Assembly: GCA_965262115.1 (NCBI GenBank)
Contig: OZ253496.1
Location: 1,632,001-1,696,000 of the forward strand
Direction: 5' to 3'
DNA: 64,000 nucleotides
From: Nitrospinales bacterium
GTDB taxonomy: Bacteria; Nitrospinota; Nitrospinia; Nitrospinales; VA-1
The translations under genes and the position numbers were made by a program. The first letter of the stretch is position 1, and every line of letters begins with the position of its first letter. Below the pieces are notes generated by a model. That model had not been told where the DNA came from and did not search any database. It saw nothing but the letters and a program-made list of their open reading frames with translations. Positions 55,454-64,000 of this stretch are shown here, one piece after another.

Positions 55454-56680
55454 ATGACAGAGCTGAATCCATTTAAACCAGGTGCGGGGCATATGCCACC
55501 CTACTTGGCAGGACGAAATGAAGAAACAGAAGAGTTCAGGAGCCTACTTAAGCAAAAAATAATCCTGAATAATATGGTGCTCACTGGATTAATGGGTGTG
55601 GGGAAGACCGTTCTTCTGGGAACATTCAAACCCCTCGCCCAAGCAGACAGATGGATATGGGTTGGAACTGATTTGTCAGAATCAGCAAGTGTGAATGAGG
55701 AAACATTTATTCTTAGATTGTTCACTGATTTGTCTGTGGTTACATCAAATGTACCGTTTGAAAAGGAACAAATTAGACGGATCGGGTTTGATTCAGAAGC
55801 AGTTTTTAAAGAGCGCTTTTTGAACTTTAATAATCTGGTGCTGCTTTACAAAACACTCCCTGGTCTCCCATCTGATAAATTAAAAAACATACTGGAATTA
55901 ATTTGGGAAAACATAAAAGATCAAGGCATCAAAGGAATTATTTTTGCGTACGACGAAGCACAAACGATGTCTAATCATCAAAAAAAAGAACAGTATCCAC
56001 TGTCACTACTTTTAGATGTTTTCCAATCCATACAAGCCAAGGATATCCCATTTATGTTAGTTCTTGCGGGTCTTCCCACACTCTTTCCTCAACTAGTTGA
56101 AGCCAGAACTTTCGCAGAAAGAATGTTCCATGTGGTTTTCCTGTCAACCTTGAAGGAACCAGAAAGTCGAGATGCAATCATAAAGCCGTTGAAGAAACAA
56201 GACCCTGATACAGGAACCTTTTTTAAAGAGGGCTCAATTAATCTGATCATTCAAACTTCAGGCGGTTATCCTTATTTCATTCAATTTATTTGCAGGGAAG
56301 TGTTTGATATTTTTTTACAGAATCGTGCCATGGGGAAATCAATGACGGTACCAATGAAAGAAATAACAAATAAATTAGACACAGATTTTTTTGCTGGCCG
56401 ATGGGGGAGAGCAACAGACAGGCAAAGGGAGTTACTATCAGTCATAGCACAATTAGAAAACTGCGACACAGAATTCAGTGTGCAGGATATTGTTGAAATC
56501 TCGAAAGAGAAATTACCAAAACCTTTCAGCAGTAGCCACGTAAATCAGATGTTATTAACTCTTAGCAATAACGGTCTCGTTTATAAAAATAGATATGGCA
56601 GGTATTCATTTGCCGTTCCATTATTAGGCGATTTTGTTTTAAGACAAGACATATCACAAACGCCCTCTTGCAATGATTGA
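55454..56680 (+). CDS. P-loop ATPase (AAA_16-like) with probable C-terminal wHTH
   Basis: NPFKPGAG..PPYLAGR, GLMGVGKT, DEAQ, GGYPYFIQ; AT-rich. Confidence 0.85.
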   Translation: MTELNPFKPGAGHMPPYLAGRNEETEEFRSLLKQKIILNNMVLTGLMGVGKTVLLGTFKPLAQADRWIWVGTDLSESASVNEETFILRLFTDLSVVTSNVPFEKEQIRRIGFDSEAVFKERFLNFNNLVLLYKTLPGLPSDKLKNILELIWENIKDQGIKGIIFAYDEAQTMSNHQKKEQYPLSLLLDVFQSIQAKDIPFMLVLAGLPTLFPQLVEARTFAERMFHVVFLSTLKEPESRDAIIKPLKKQDPDTGTFFKEGSINLIIQTSGGYPYFIQFICREVFDIFLQNRAMGKSMTVPMKEITNKLDTDFFAGRWGRATDRQRELLSVIAQLENCDTEFSVQDIVEISKEKLPKPFSSSHVNQMLLTLSNNGLVYKNRYGRYSFAVPLLGDFVLRQDISQTPSCND

Positions 56681-56772
56681 TTTTAAGAATAACCAGCAGA
56701 GATGCTGGGTTTAAAGCCAAGGTTAAAACTCTGCGAACGATCAAACACAGAAATTCAAAAACACTAATCCAA

Positions 56773-57744
56773 TTAAATATCTCTGAATATCTTTATCAAC
56801 TTCTTCACCGAGCCGGATTGCAGGGCTTTGAAAATCTTTTCCACCTGTGCGGATAATTCTTTTTCGCTCTGGAACTTCAGTTCCAGTTTCAATTCGTTAC
56901 TCTCAAACGTATCCTGAAACCGGAGCTTGGTTTTGTCGTCCAGTTCCATTTCATTGAGAGCGCGGACGACTCGCTTTCTCATGTCTGACAGAACCGGATA
57001 ACGCAGGCCATAAAGTATTTTGTGAATCTGCTCATATTTTGGCGGGGCTTGTAAATCCGATGCCGCCAGAATTTTTTGAAGTTCATCGCGGGACAAAATT
57101 TCTCCCGGCGTGGTGTTTTCTCTTGTAGCCACTTCATCGACGAGTTCCAGCAGGTCCCGCCATTTGTTGACCCCTGGTTTGAGGGCAGAAAACAAATTTT
57201 CGGCTTCCTCCAGACGGTCCCATTTATAAAAATTGCTGAAGGTTTTAACCGGAACTCCGGCCCGGTGCAGCAAGATTTGCATCTTGGGGCTTAAGGATTT
57301 GACGCTGGACAAGTCTAAAAATATTTTTTTACTGCGTTCCAGTTCCAGTAAAGGCATATACTCTTCAATAATGGTTTCATCAGAAACTCCAGAATGCGTG
57401 AGTTTGTTAAGGATGATTCCCTTTTCAATGTCGCTATAATGCCGCTGCCCGAAATTTTCGTTCAGGTTTATGACCAATCGTGATGCATTATCTATTTCAG
57501 GTATGATGAAGGCGGGGATGCTGGTTAAGCCTGATCGGGGGGCCGCCTGGAAACGTTTATGTCCACTGACGATTGCATAGCGATTCCCGGATGGACAGAC
57601 GGAAATAGGGTGCCGGATGCCGATCACTTTGATCGAGTCCGTTAACTTTTCCGGGCAGCCGTCCAGCGAGAAATCCGTCAACCGGTATTCAGGGTCGACA
57701 TCTGTTAACGGGATTTCGGAAACATCAGAAAGTTTGATTTTCAT
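56773..57744 (-). CDS. ParB N-terminal-domain protein
   Basis: SIKVIGIRHPI, IVSGHKRF, EN. Confidence 0.75.
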   Translation of the reverse strand: MKIKLSDVSEIPLTDVDPEYRLTDFSLDGCPEKLTDSIKVIGIRHPISVCPSGNRYAIVSGHKRFQAAPRSGLTSIPAFIIPEIDNASRLVINLNENFGQRHYSDIEKGIILNKLTHSGVSDETIIEEYMPLLELERSKKIFLDLSSVKSLSPKMQILLHRAGVPVKTFSNFYKWDRLEEAENLFSALKPGVNKWRDLLELVDEVATRENTTPGEILSRDELQKILAASDLQAPPKYEQIHKILYGLRYPVLSDMRKRVVRALNEMELDDKTKLRFQDTFESNELKLELKFQSEKELSAQVEKIFKALQSGSVKKLIKIFRDI

Positions 57745-58630
57745 GCAATCGATCAAAAAAATATTATGGACCCTCACCCTGGGGTTGATTCTTTCTGGTT
57801 GTCAGGAAAAAATTCCTCAAGGCATGGTTTTGATTCCGTCAGGAGAGTTTACCATTGGAACCGACCAGACAGATGAGGAAAACCACGCGCTTTCTTTAGG
57901 GCTGAACAAACCCTGGTTTGCCGACGAGTCGCCCCAGCGGCGTATCGACATCCCCGATTATTATATTGACCGGTTTGAGGTGACCAACCTCCAATATTTT
58001 ATTTTTTGCCAGGCCAGCGACCACAAACCGCCACGTTATTGGAAGGGCGAAAAGTTTCCCGAAGGGCAGCAGCGCCTCCCAGTCACGGAAGTGAATTATT
58101 TTGACGCCAGCGCCTACGCCAAATGGGTCGGCAAGCGCTTGCCCAATGAGAAGGAGTGGGAAAAAGCGGCGAGGGGTCGGGCTGGATTCATCTATCCCTG
58201 GGGCGATGATTTTTTACCGGGTGTTGCCAACCTCAGTCTTTCTCCCAGAACAAAAACAGACCAGGGATTGAAACCGGTCGGCAGTTTCCCTAAAAGCGCC
58301 AGTCCTTATAAGGTGCACGATATGATCGGCAACGCCTGGGAATGGGTCTGGGAATATTATCAGCCTTATCCTGGCAACAGGTTTAAAAATCCGGCCTATG
58401 AAAAGAAAGAGATCGTGGTGCGGGGCTTGTCGTATATGGGTGTGGGGCATTTCAGCAAAAAGGATTTTTTGAAGGTTGTCTCGCTCAAGGCCCGGGCTTC
58501 TTACCGCGCGCACCTCAACCCGCTGGCACGGAAAAAGGATGTCGGTTTTCGTTGCGCCAAAGATCGCCCGTCATTTATGGAAAGGGTTTTTGGCATCAAA
58601 TCCGCCGAGCCGAAAGAAACGGCAGTATAA
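57743..58630 (+). CDS. Formylglycine-generating-enzyme family (SUMF1/EgtB/PvdO) lipoprotein
   Basis: LSGC lipobox, FEVTN, RLPNEKEWEKAARG, DMIGNAWEW, GFRC. Confidence 0.9.
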   Translation: MQSIKKILWTLTLGLILSGCQEKIPQGMVLIPSGEFTIGTDQTDEENHALSLGLNKPWFADESPQRRIDIPDYYIDRFEVTNLQYFIFCQASDHKPPRYWKGEKFPEGQQRLPVTEVNYFDASAYAKWVGKRLPNEKEWEKAARGRAGFIYPWGDDFLPGVANLSLSPRTKTDQGLKPVGSFPKSASPYKVHDMIGNAWEWVWEYYQPYPGNRFKNPAYEKKEIVVRGLSYMGVGHFSKKDFLKVVSLKARASYRAHLNPLARKKDVGFRCAKDRPSFMERVFGIKSAEPKETAV

Positions 58631-58752
58631 AAAATTGCTTGAAATGGTGGTTGTTTTCACTGATTTTAATGGAGTAGTATAATATTATCATCCTGTTTAA
58701 TTCCCCGTTTTGTTCGGAATGTTAACTCGCAAATTTAAGGTCAGAAAACGTT

Positions 58753-61700
58753 TTGAATTTTGAAGATGTATTAGGAACCCAGGTTCTTTTTCTGGATGGT
58801 GCCATGGGCACCATGGTCCAGAACCTGGAGTTGGGAGATTCTGCTTTTGGCGGTCCCGCGTTTAAAATGCTGACCGATCTGTTGATCTTTTCTCGCCCGG
58901 ATGATCTGGAAGGTATCCACCTGAAATATTTAGAGGCCGGGGCTAACCTGATTGAGACCGATACCTTCGGCGCTTCTCCTTTGCGTCTGGCCGAATTCGA
59001 TTTCAAGGATGTCGACCTGGCCGATATAAAAGCCATCCCGAAAGAGTTGAACCTTAAAGAGTCGGACTATGACGCGATCACTCACCATTTGAATGTTGAG
59101 GGTTGCCGCATCGCCAGAAAGGCAATCGACCGCTATAAAGTCTCGCTGGATTATGACGACCGGCCCTTGTTTGTGGCCGGTTCCATCGGGCCTTCCAACT
59201 ATGTTCTTTCCAAGACCGAAGCCGATCTCAAAAAAGCGACCTGGTCGCAGATTGTGGATAACAACAAAAAGCAGGTGTTGGGTTTGATCGAAGGCGGTGC
59301 CGATGTGCTTTTGTTTGAAACGCAACAGGACATCCTGGAACTGAAAGCCTCGTTAATTGGAGCCCAAGAGGCATTTACTGAGGCCGACAGCCGGCTTCCC
59401 ATCATTGCCCAGGTCACGGTGGATGGGTTTTCCAAAATGCAGATTTTCAATACTGATATTCACGCGGCTTATGTGGCGGTGCAGGGCATGGGGATTTCCG
59501 CCTTCGGCATCAACTGCAATACCGGCCCGGAGCTGATGGAAAAAACGGTGGAAAAACTAAGCCGAGTTTGCCATCATCCGATATCTATCGTGCCCAATGC
59601 CGGGCAACCCGTCTCCGAAGATGGCAAAACCTGTTACAAGCTTCAGCCTGAAGAGATGACGGATTATATCGAACGGTTTGTGAAAGATTCTGGAGTCGCC
59701 ATTATCGGCGGTTGTTGCGGAACCACGCCGGACCATATTCGCGCTTTGTCGAACCGTTTGAAAGGTGTGGTGCCCAATAGAAAAAAAATAGAGAAGCAGG
59801 TTTATGTCTCCGGTCCGCAGGAGGCGGTGGCTCTCGACAGTTCTGGGGCATTGCTCCGCATTGGTGAAAGGCTGAACGTCAGGGGCAGTAAAAAGGTTCG
59901 CGAAGCGGTGGAGCGTGACGATGGTATCCAGATGTCGACGCTGGAAGAGGTGACCGAAGAGCAGGTCAAGGATTTGGGAATCGAAATCATCGATGTTTGT
60001 ATGGACAGCAACATCGTTGAAACCGAAGCGGCATTGACCAAAATCATTTATGAACTAACCAGCGATTTCAAGGGTGTCATGTGCATCGACTCGTTTTCGG
60101 TTGAGGCGCTCAAGATGGCCATCGAAGTTTATCCGGGCAGGCCGATCATCAACTCCATCAGTCTTGAAGAATATGAGGCTGGGGTGAGCAAGCTGGATGC
60201 CGTGTTGTCTCAAACTGCGGCACATAATCCGGTCTACATTGCTTTGGTGAATGGACCGGAGGGACCAGGCCAGACCGCTGAGGAAAAATATGAGTTGGCC
60301 GCAGAAATTGTGAAACAGGCCGGGGAAAAATTTAATGTTCTGCCCGACCAGATTATTATTGATGTCAATGCTTATCCCATCGGTTCAGAATCCGTCGAGG
60401 GTCTCAACTTTTGCGCGGAGACTTTAAAATGTCTGCCGCGTATCAAAGCCATTCATCCGGATCTTAAAACCAGTATGGGTGTGGGCAACCTGACCAACGG
60501 GCTTGCCGCCAAGCCCTATATGCGTAAAGTGCTGACCAGTGTGTTTCTCGATGAGGCTAGAAAGGCCGGGTTGGACTGTGCCATTTTGAATCCGCATCAT
60601 TATGTTCCGCTTGAAAGCCTGCCGGAAAGTGATGTGGTTCTGGCCCGCAAGGTCATTTTCGATCGCGACATGACCTCCTTTGAAGAATTGGAGGAGATTG
60701 CGTTGACCAAGAAAACAGGAGTCCAGGCCAACAAGGTTGTGTACGAAGACCTTCCTTTGGAAGAAAGCATTTGCCAGCGCATCAAGGACGGGTTCAAGCA
60801 AAAGCAGGAAGGAAACATTGAAAAAGCGGGTGGGGTTTTCCCCTATAAAGATCGCATTGTAGAGGATGTCGCCAAGGCCATAGAAACCCACGCGCCTTTG
60901 GAATTTATAAGCGGCCATCTCATGATTGCCATGCGTGAGCTGGGCGATGCTTTTGGTCGTGGGGAAGTGAGCCTGCCGCATCTTTTAAAGAGCGCCGATG
61001 TCATGCGCCATGTGATGCAGTTTCTCGAAAGCTTCATGCGGTTTCAAAGCGGCATCGAGCCCGGTGCTGAGATTGACTATAAGGGGGTAGTGGTGATTGG
61101 CACGGTCTATCAGGATGTGCATAGCATCGGTAAAGACCTGGCGAAAACCTTGCTTGAAAATTATGGTTACCGGGTGATTGACCTGGGTGTGCAGGTTCCG
61201 CTGGACCGGTTCATCGACACGGCCAAGCAAGAAAACGCCGATGCCATCGGCATGAGCGCCTTACTGGTGCAAACCTCCAACCACATGATAACGATCAGCC
61301 GCATGTTGCTCGACCGGAAATATTCCATTCCCATTCTCATTGGCGGGGCTCCGGTAAATTCCCGGCACGCCGGGTATGTGGCCATGCATGGCGGAGATGA
61401 TACGCAAGCGATTCTGGATAATGTTTTTTATTGCGGCAGTGGAATGGATGGGGTGAACACCATGGGACTTCTCATGGACAAAAATCAGCGTTCCGGTCTG
61501 CTGAAAGAAAATAAAGAAAAGTTGTTGCGTGAATATCACAAGGCAAAGGGAATTCAGAAAGAGAAAGACAAACTATTGCAGACCCTGCCCAGAAGAAAGG
61601 TCAATTTCAGGCATCATGAAAGTCCATCAGACGGATACGGAATTCACAAGGTCGAGTTCAAACTGCATAAGCTTGCAGGAAATATGGATCGCAAAAGTTT

Positions 61701-62370
61701 GTATTCGCTGAATTGGAAGTTCGGTAAAAAATCAAGCTGGATTCATAAGGGAGTGACTCTGCAACAACTTCAGGCTTTGGAAAAAACCTGGATAGAAAAA
61801 GCCGAGCAGAGAGGGTGGGTCGTTCCTAAAGCCCGGTTTGCACTTTTCCCGGCGCAATCGGATGGCGATGAGGTCATTATTTATGATCCGAAAAACCGGG
61901 AGAAGGAATTGGCCCGGCTCCGATTCGATGTCTGCATTGGCAAGGGAAGAAAAGATATCTTTTCGGTGGGGCAGTATTTTTATAGCAAAACTTCCGGGCA
62001 GTGGGATGTGGTTGGATTGCAGATATCGACCGCGGGCGACAAAGTCGAAGTGGGCATCGAAGAGTTCAAGGCGCAGAATGACAGCGAGTCGGCGTTATAC
62101 CTTCAGGGTTTGAGCGACCGCGTGGCCGAAGACCTGGCCGAATACATCCATCAATTGTTGCGTCAGAGGGTTGGGGCGAAAAAAGACAACCGGGGCCAGC
62201 GCTACAGTCCGGGTTACCCGGCCATCACCGACCTGACTTACAATCGTGTTATCTGGGAACTTCTGGGGGCCGAGGACATTGGTGTGACCCTGACCTCGGC
62301 GAATGAGTTTTACCCGCCCAGCACCACTGCCGCAGTGACCTGTTTTCACAAAGATGCCGGATACAATTAA
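58753..62370 (+). CDS. metH: Cobalamin-dependent methionine synthase
   Basis: DGAMGT, GGCCGT, IGERLN, DVHSIGK, RYSPGYP. Confidence 0.93.
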   Translation: MNFEDVLGTQVLFLDGAMGTMVQNLELGDSAFGGPAFKMLTDLLIFSRPDDLEGIHLKYLEAGANLIETDTFGASPLRLAEFDFKDVDLADIKAIPKELNLKESDYDAITHHLNVEGCRIARKAIDRYKVSLDYDDRPLFVAGSIGPSNYVLSKTEADLKKATWSQIVDNNKKQVLGLIEGGADVLLFETQQDILELKASLIGAQEAFTEADSRLPIIAQVTVDGFSKMQIFNTDIHAAYVAVQGMGISAFGINCNTGPELMEKTVEKLSRVCHHPISIVPNAGQPVSEDGKTCYKLQPEEMTDYIERFVKDSGVAIIGGCCGTTPDHIRALSNRLKGVVPNRKKIEKQVYVSGPQEAVALDSSGALLRIGERLNVRGSKKVREAVERDDGIQMSTLEEVTEEQVKDLGIEIIDVCMDSNIVETEAALTKIIYELTSDFKGVMCIDSFSVEALKMAIEVYPGRPIINSISLEEYEAGVSKLDAVLSQTAAHNPVYIALVNGPEGPGQTAEEKYELAAEIVKQAGEKFNVLPDQIIIDVNAYPIGSESVEGLNFCAETLKCLPRIKAIHPDLKTSMGVGNLTNGLAAKPYMRKVLTSVFLDEARKAGLDCAILNPHHYVPLESLPESDVVLARKVIFDRDMTSFEELEEIALTKKTGVQANKVVYEDLPLEESICQRIKDGFKQKQEGNIEKAGGVFPYKDRIVEDVAKAIETHAPLEFISGHLMIAMRELGDAFGRGEVSLPHLLKSADVMRHVMQFLESFMRFQSGIEPGAEIDYKGVVVIGTVYQDVHSIGKDLAKTLLENYGYRVIDLGVQVPLDRFIDTAKQENADAIGMSALLVQTSNHMITISRMLLDRKYSIPILIGGAPVNSRHAGYVAMHGGDDTQAILDNVFYCGSGMDGVNTMGLLMDKNQRSGLLKENKEKLLREYHKAKGIQKEKDKLLQTLPRRKVNFRHHESPSDGYGIHKVEFKLHKLAGNMDRKSLYSLNWKFGKKSSWIHKGVTLQQLQALEKTWIEKAEQRGWVVPKARFALFPAQSDGDEVIIYDPKNREKELARLRFDVCIGKGRKDIFSVGQYFYSKTSGQWDVVGLQISTAGDKVEVGIEEFKAQNDSESALYLQGLSDRVAEDLAEYIHQLLRQRVGAKKDNRGQRYSPGYPAITDLTYNRVIWELLGAEDIGVTLTSANEFYPPSTTAAVTCFHKDAGYN

Positions 62371-62749
62371 CCCCCGGCGAGCCGCCGCCGACAAATTGCC
62401 ATAACTTTCATTAGCTGGCAAAGAGTTATCTCGGCCTAAAAAGTCTTCGCCCAATTTCCACCGGGCGTTGCCCGGTCAAGTCCTTGCAATTTTTAGCCGA
62501 TAAGAAAACACTCGCCGGATCAGGATTTGCTGGTTTGGCGGGTTGTGGGATGATAAGATAAACCCATGAAACAAAAGGCCTTGGTCTATAAAGGGTAGGG
62601 GGAAATAAAACCTTTATATAATTGACATCATTTGTTAAGATGATATGGGAGTTTACCCGAATATAGAACAGAGATATTGCCCGTCAATTTTTACTCCTGT
62701 GGGCCTCTTTTCAGATTATAAATCCGCTAATTTTGAGGCAAGTTGAATC

Positions 62750-64000
62750 ATGTTTAAGCGATTCACAGAAAGGGCGCGAAGAGTCATCGTCCTTGCTCGC
62801 GAGGAAGCTGAGCTTTACCGCCATGAATATCTAGGAACAGAACATATTTTGCAGGGTGTTATTAAAGATGGCGGGGGTATTGCTGTTGCCATCGTTCAAA
62901 AAAGCGGAGTGGATCTGACTCAGTTGAAAAAGGAACTGGAGAAAAACCTGCCTCGCAGTTCAAACTCGCTGATCATTGGGGATATCCCCTTCACGTCCCG
63001 TGCTAAGAAGGTTTTGGAATTTGCGGTGGAGGAAGCGCGAGCTCTGAATCATAATTATATCGGCACCGAGCATCTTCTTCTGGGACTATTGAAGGAAAAA
63101 GAAGGTGTGGCTTGCCGGGTACTGAATAGTTTCGGAATGTTCTTTGATGATGTCCGGGAAAAAATTATGGAAATGTTCAAAGAACACACCGAGAGCAGCC
63201 GCGAAGTGGGCAAAACCCCGACGCTGGATGAATTCAGCCGTGACTTGACGAAGATGGCAATAGACGGGAAGTTGGATCCGATCATTGGCCGAGCCAAGGA
63301 AATCGAGCGGGTGATTCAGATTCTCAGCCGTCGCACCAAAAACAATCCGGTATTGATTGGCGAACCCGGTGTTGGCAAAACCGCGATCGTCGAAGGTCTG
63401 GCCCAACTTATTGTGGAACGGGAAGTACCGGATACGCTTTTTGAGAAACGCGTGGTCTCTTTGGATTTGGGTTCCCTGATTGCGGGCACCAAGTATCGCG
63501 GTCAGTTCGAAGCCCGCCTCAAAGGCATCATGAAAGAAATCATCCAGAATGACAGCGTCATTTTGTTTATCGACGAGCTGCATACCCTGGTAGGAGCGGG
63601 AGCCGCTGAGGGTTCGGTGGATGCTTCCAATATGCTCAAACCGGCTCTTTCCCGCGGTGAGATTCAGTGCATCGGCGCCACCACTCTGGAAGAATACCGA
63701 AAATACATTGAGAAGAACGGCGCGTTGGAAAGACGTTTTCAGCCCATCATTGTGAATCCACCAACAGTGGAAGAAACTATTGAGATCATCAAGGGGTTGA
63801 GGGTTCCGTATGAACTGCATCACCGGGCAAAAATCTCTGACGAAGCGATTGTCACGGCGGTTCGGTTTGCCGAGTGGTACATTAGCGACCGGTTCCTCCC
63901 CGATAAAGCTATTGATGTGATTGATGAAGCAGGGTCCCGGGTGCGTCTGCGTGAGATCACCAAATCTCCTGAGATGAAAAAAATTCAGCGCGATATAGAT
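62750..64000 (+). CDS. clpC: Clp protease ATP-binding subunit (ClpC-like), 3' partial
   Basis: [38 protein letters not shown]. Confidence 0.92.
   Translation, partial: MFKRFTERARRVIVLAREEAELYRHEYLGTEHILQGVIKDGGGIAVAIVQKSGVDLTQLKKELEKNLPRSSNSLIIGDIPFTSRAKKVLEFAVEEARALNHNYIGTEHLLLGLLKEKEGVACRVLNSFGMFFDDVREKIMEMFKEHTESSREVGKTPTLDEFSRDLTKMAIDGKLDPIIGRAKEIERVIQILSRRTKNNPVLIGEPGVGKTAIVEGLAQLIVEREVPDTLFEKRVVSLDLGSLIAGTKYRGQFEARLKGIMKEIIQNDSVILFIDELHTLVGAGAAEGSVDASNMLKPALSRGEIQCIGATTLEEYRKYIEKNGALERRFQPIIVNPPTVEETIEIIKGLRVPYELHHRAKISDEAIVTAVRFAEWYISDRFLPDKAIDVIDEAGSRVRLREITKSPEMKKIQRDID

Overview
64-kb bacterial chromosomal segment. The gene repertoire suggests a Nitrospinota-like organism, but this is inference only. 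The housekeeping backbone comprises nadD, rsfS, a DksA/TraR protein, pilA, nadB, ftsK, an RhlE-like helicase, purM, trmB, uvrC, metH and a partial clpC. It is heavily overprinted by nested mobile DNA. (i) There are three near-identical, doubly defective IS3-family copies. (ii) A family of ~39-41-bp hairpin-ended micro-elements (~two dozen copies) inserts without target duplication into each other, into larger MITEs and into the IS3. (iii) An IS621-like IS110 element has a readable bridge RNA whose target guides spell out the hairpin of that micro-element, and it sits exactly in such a hairpin. (iv) MITEs carry GAGACCTTTGCATAA-type ends; one is split between IS3 copies 2 and 3, recording an ~8.5-kb inversion or a misassembly. 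Also present are a 3' tRNA-Thr fragment (att-like) with a GIY-YIG-like gene, an AT-rich TIGR04255/HEPN-like three-gene islet and many pseudogenes.
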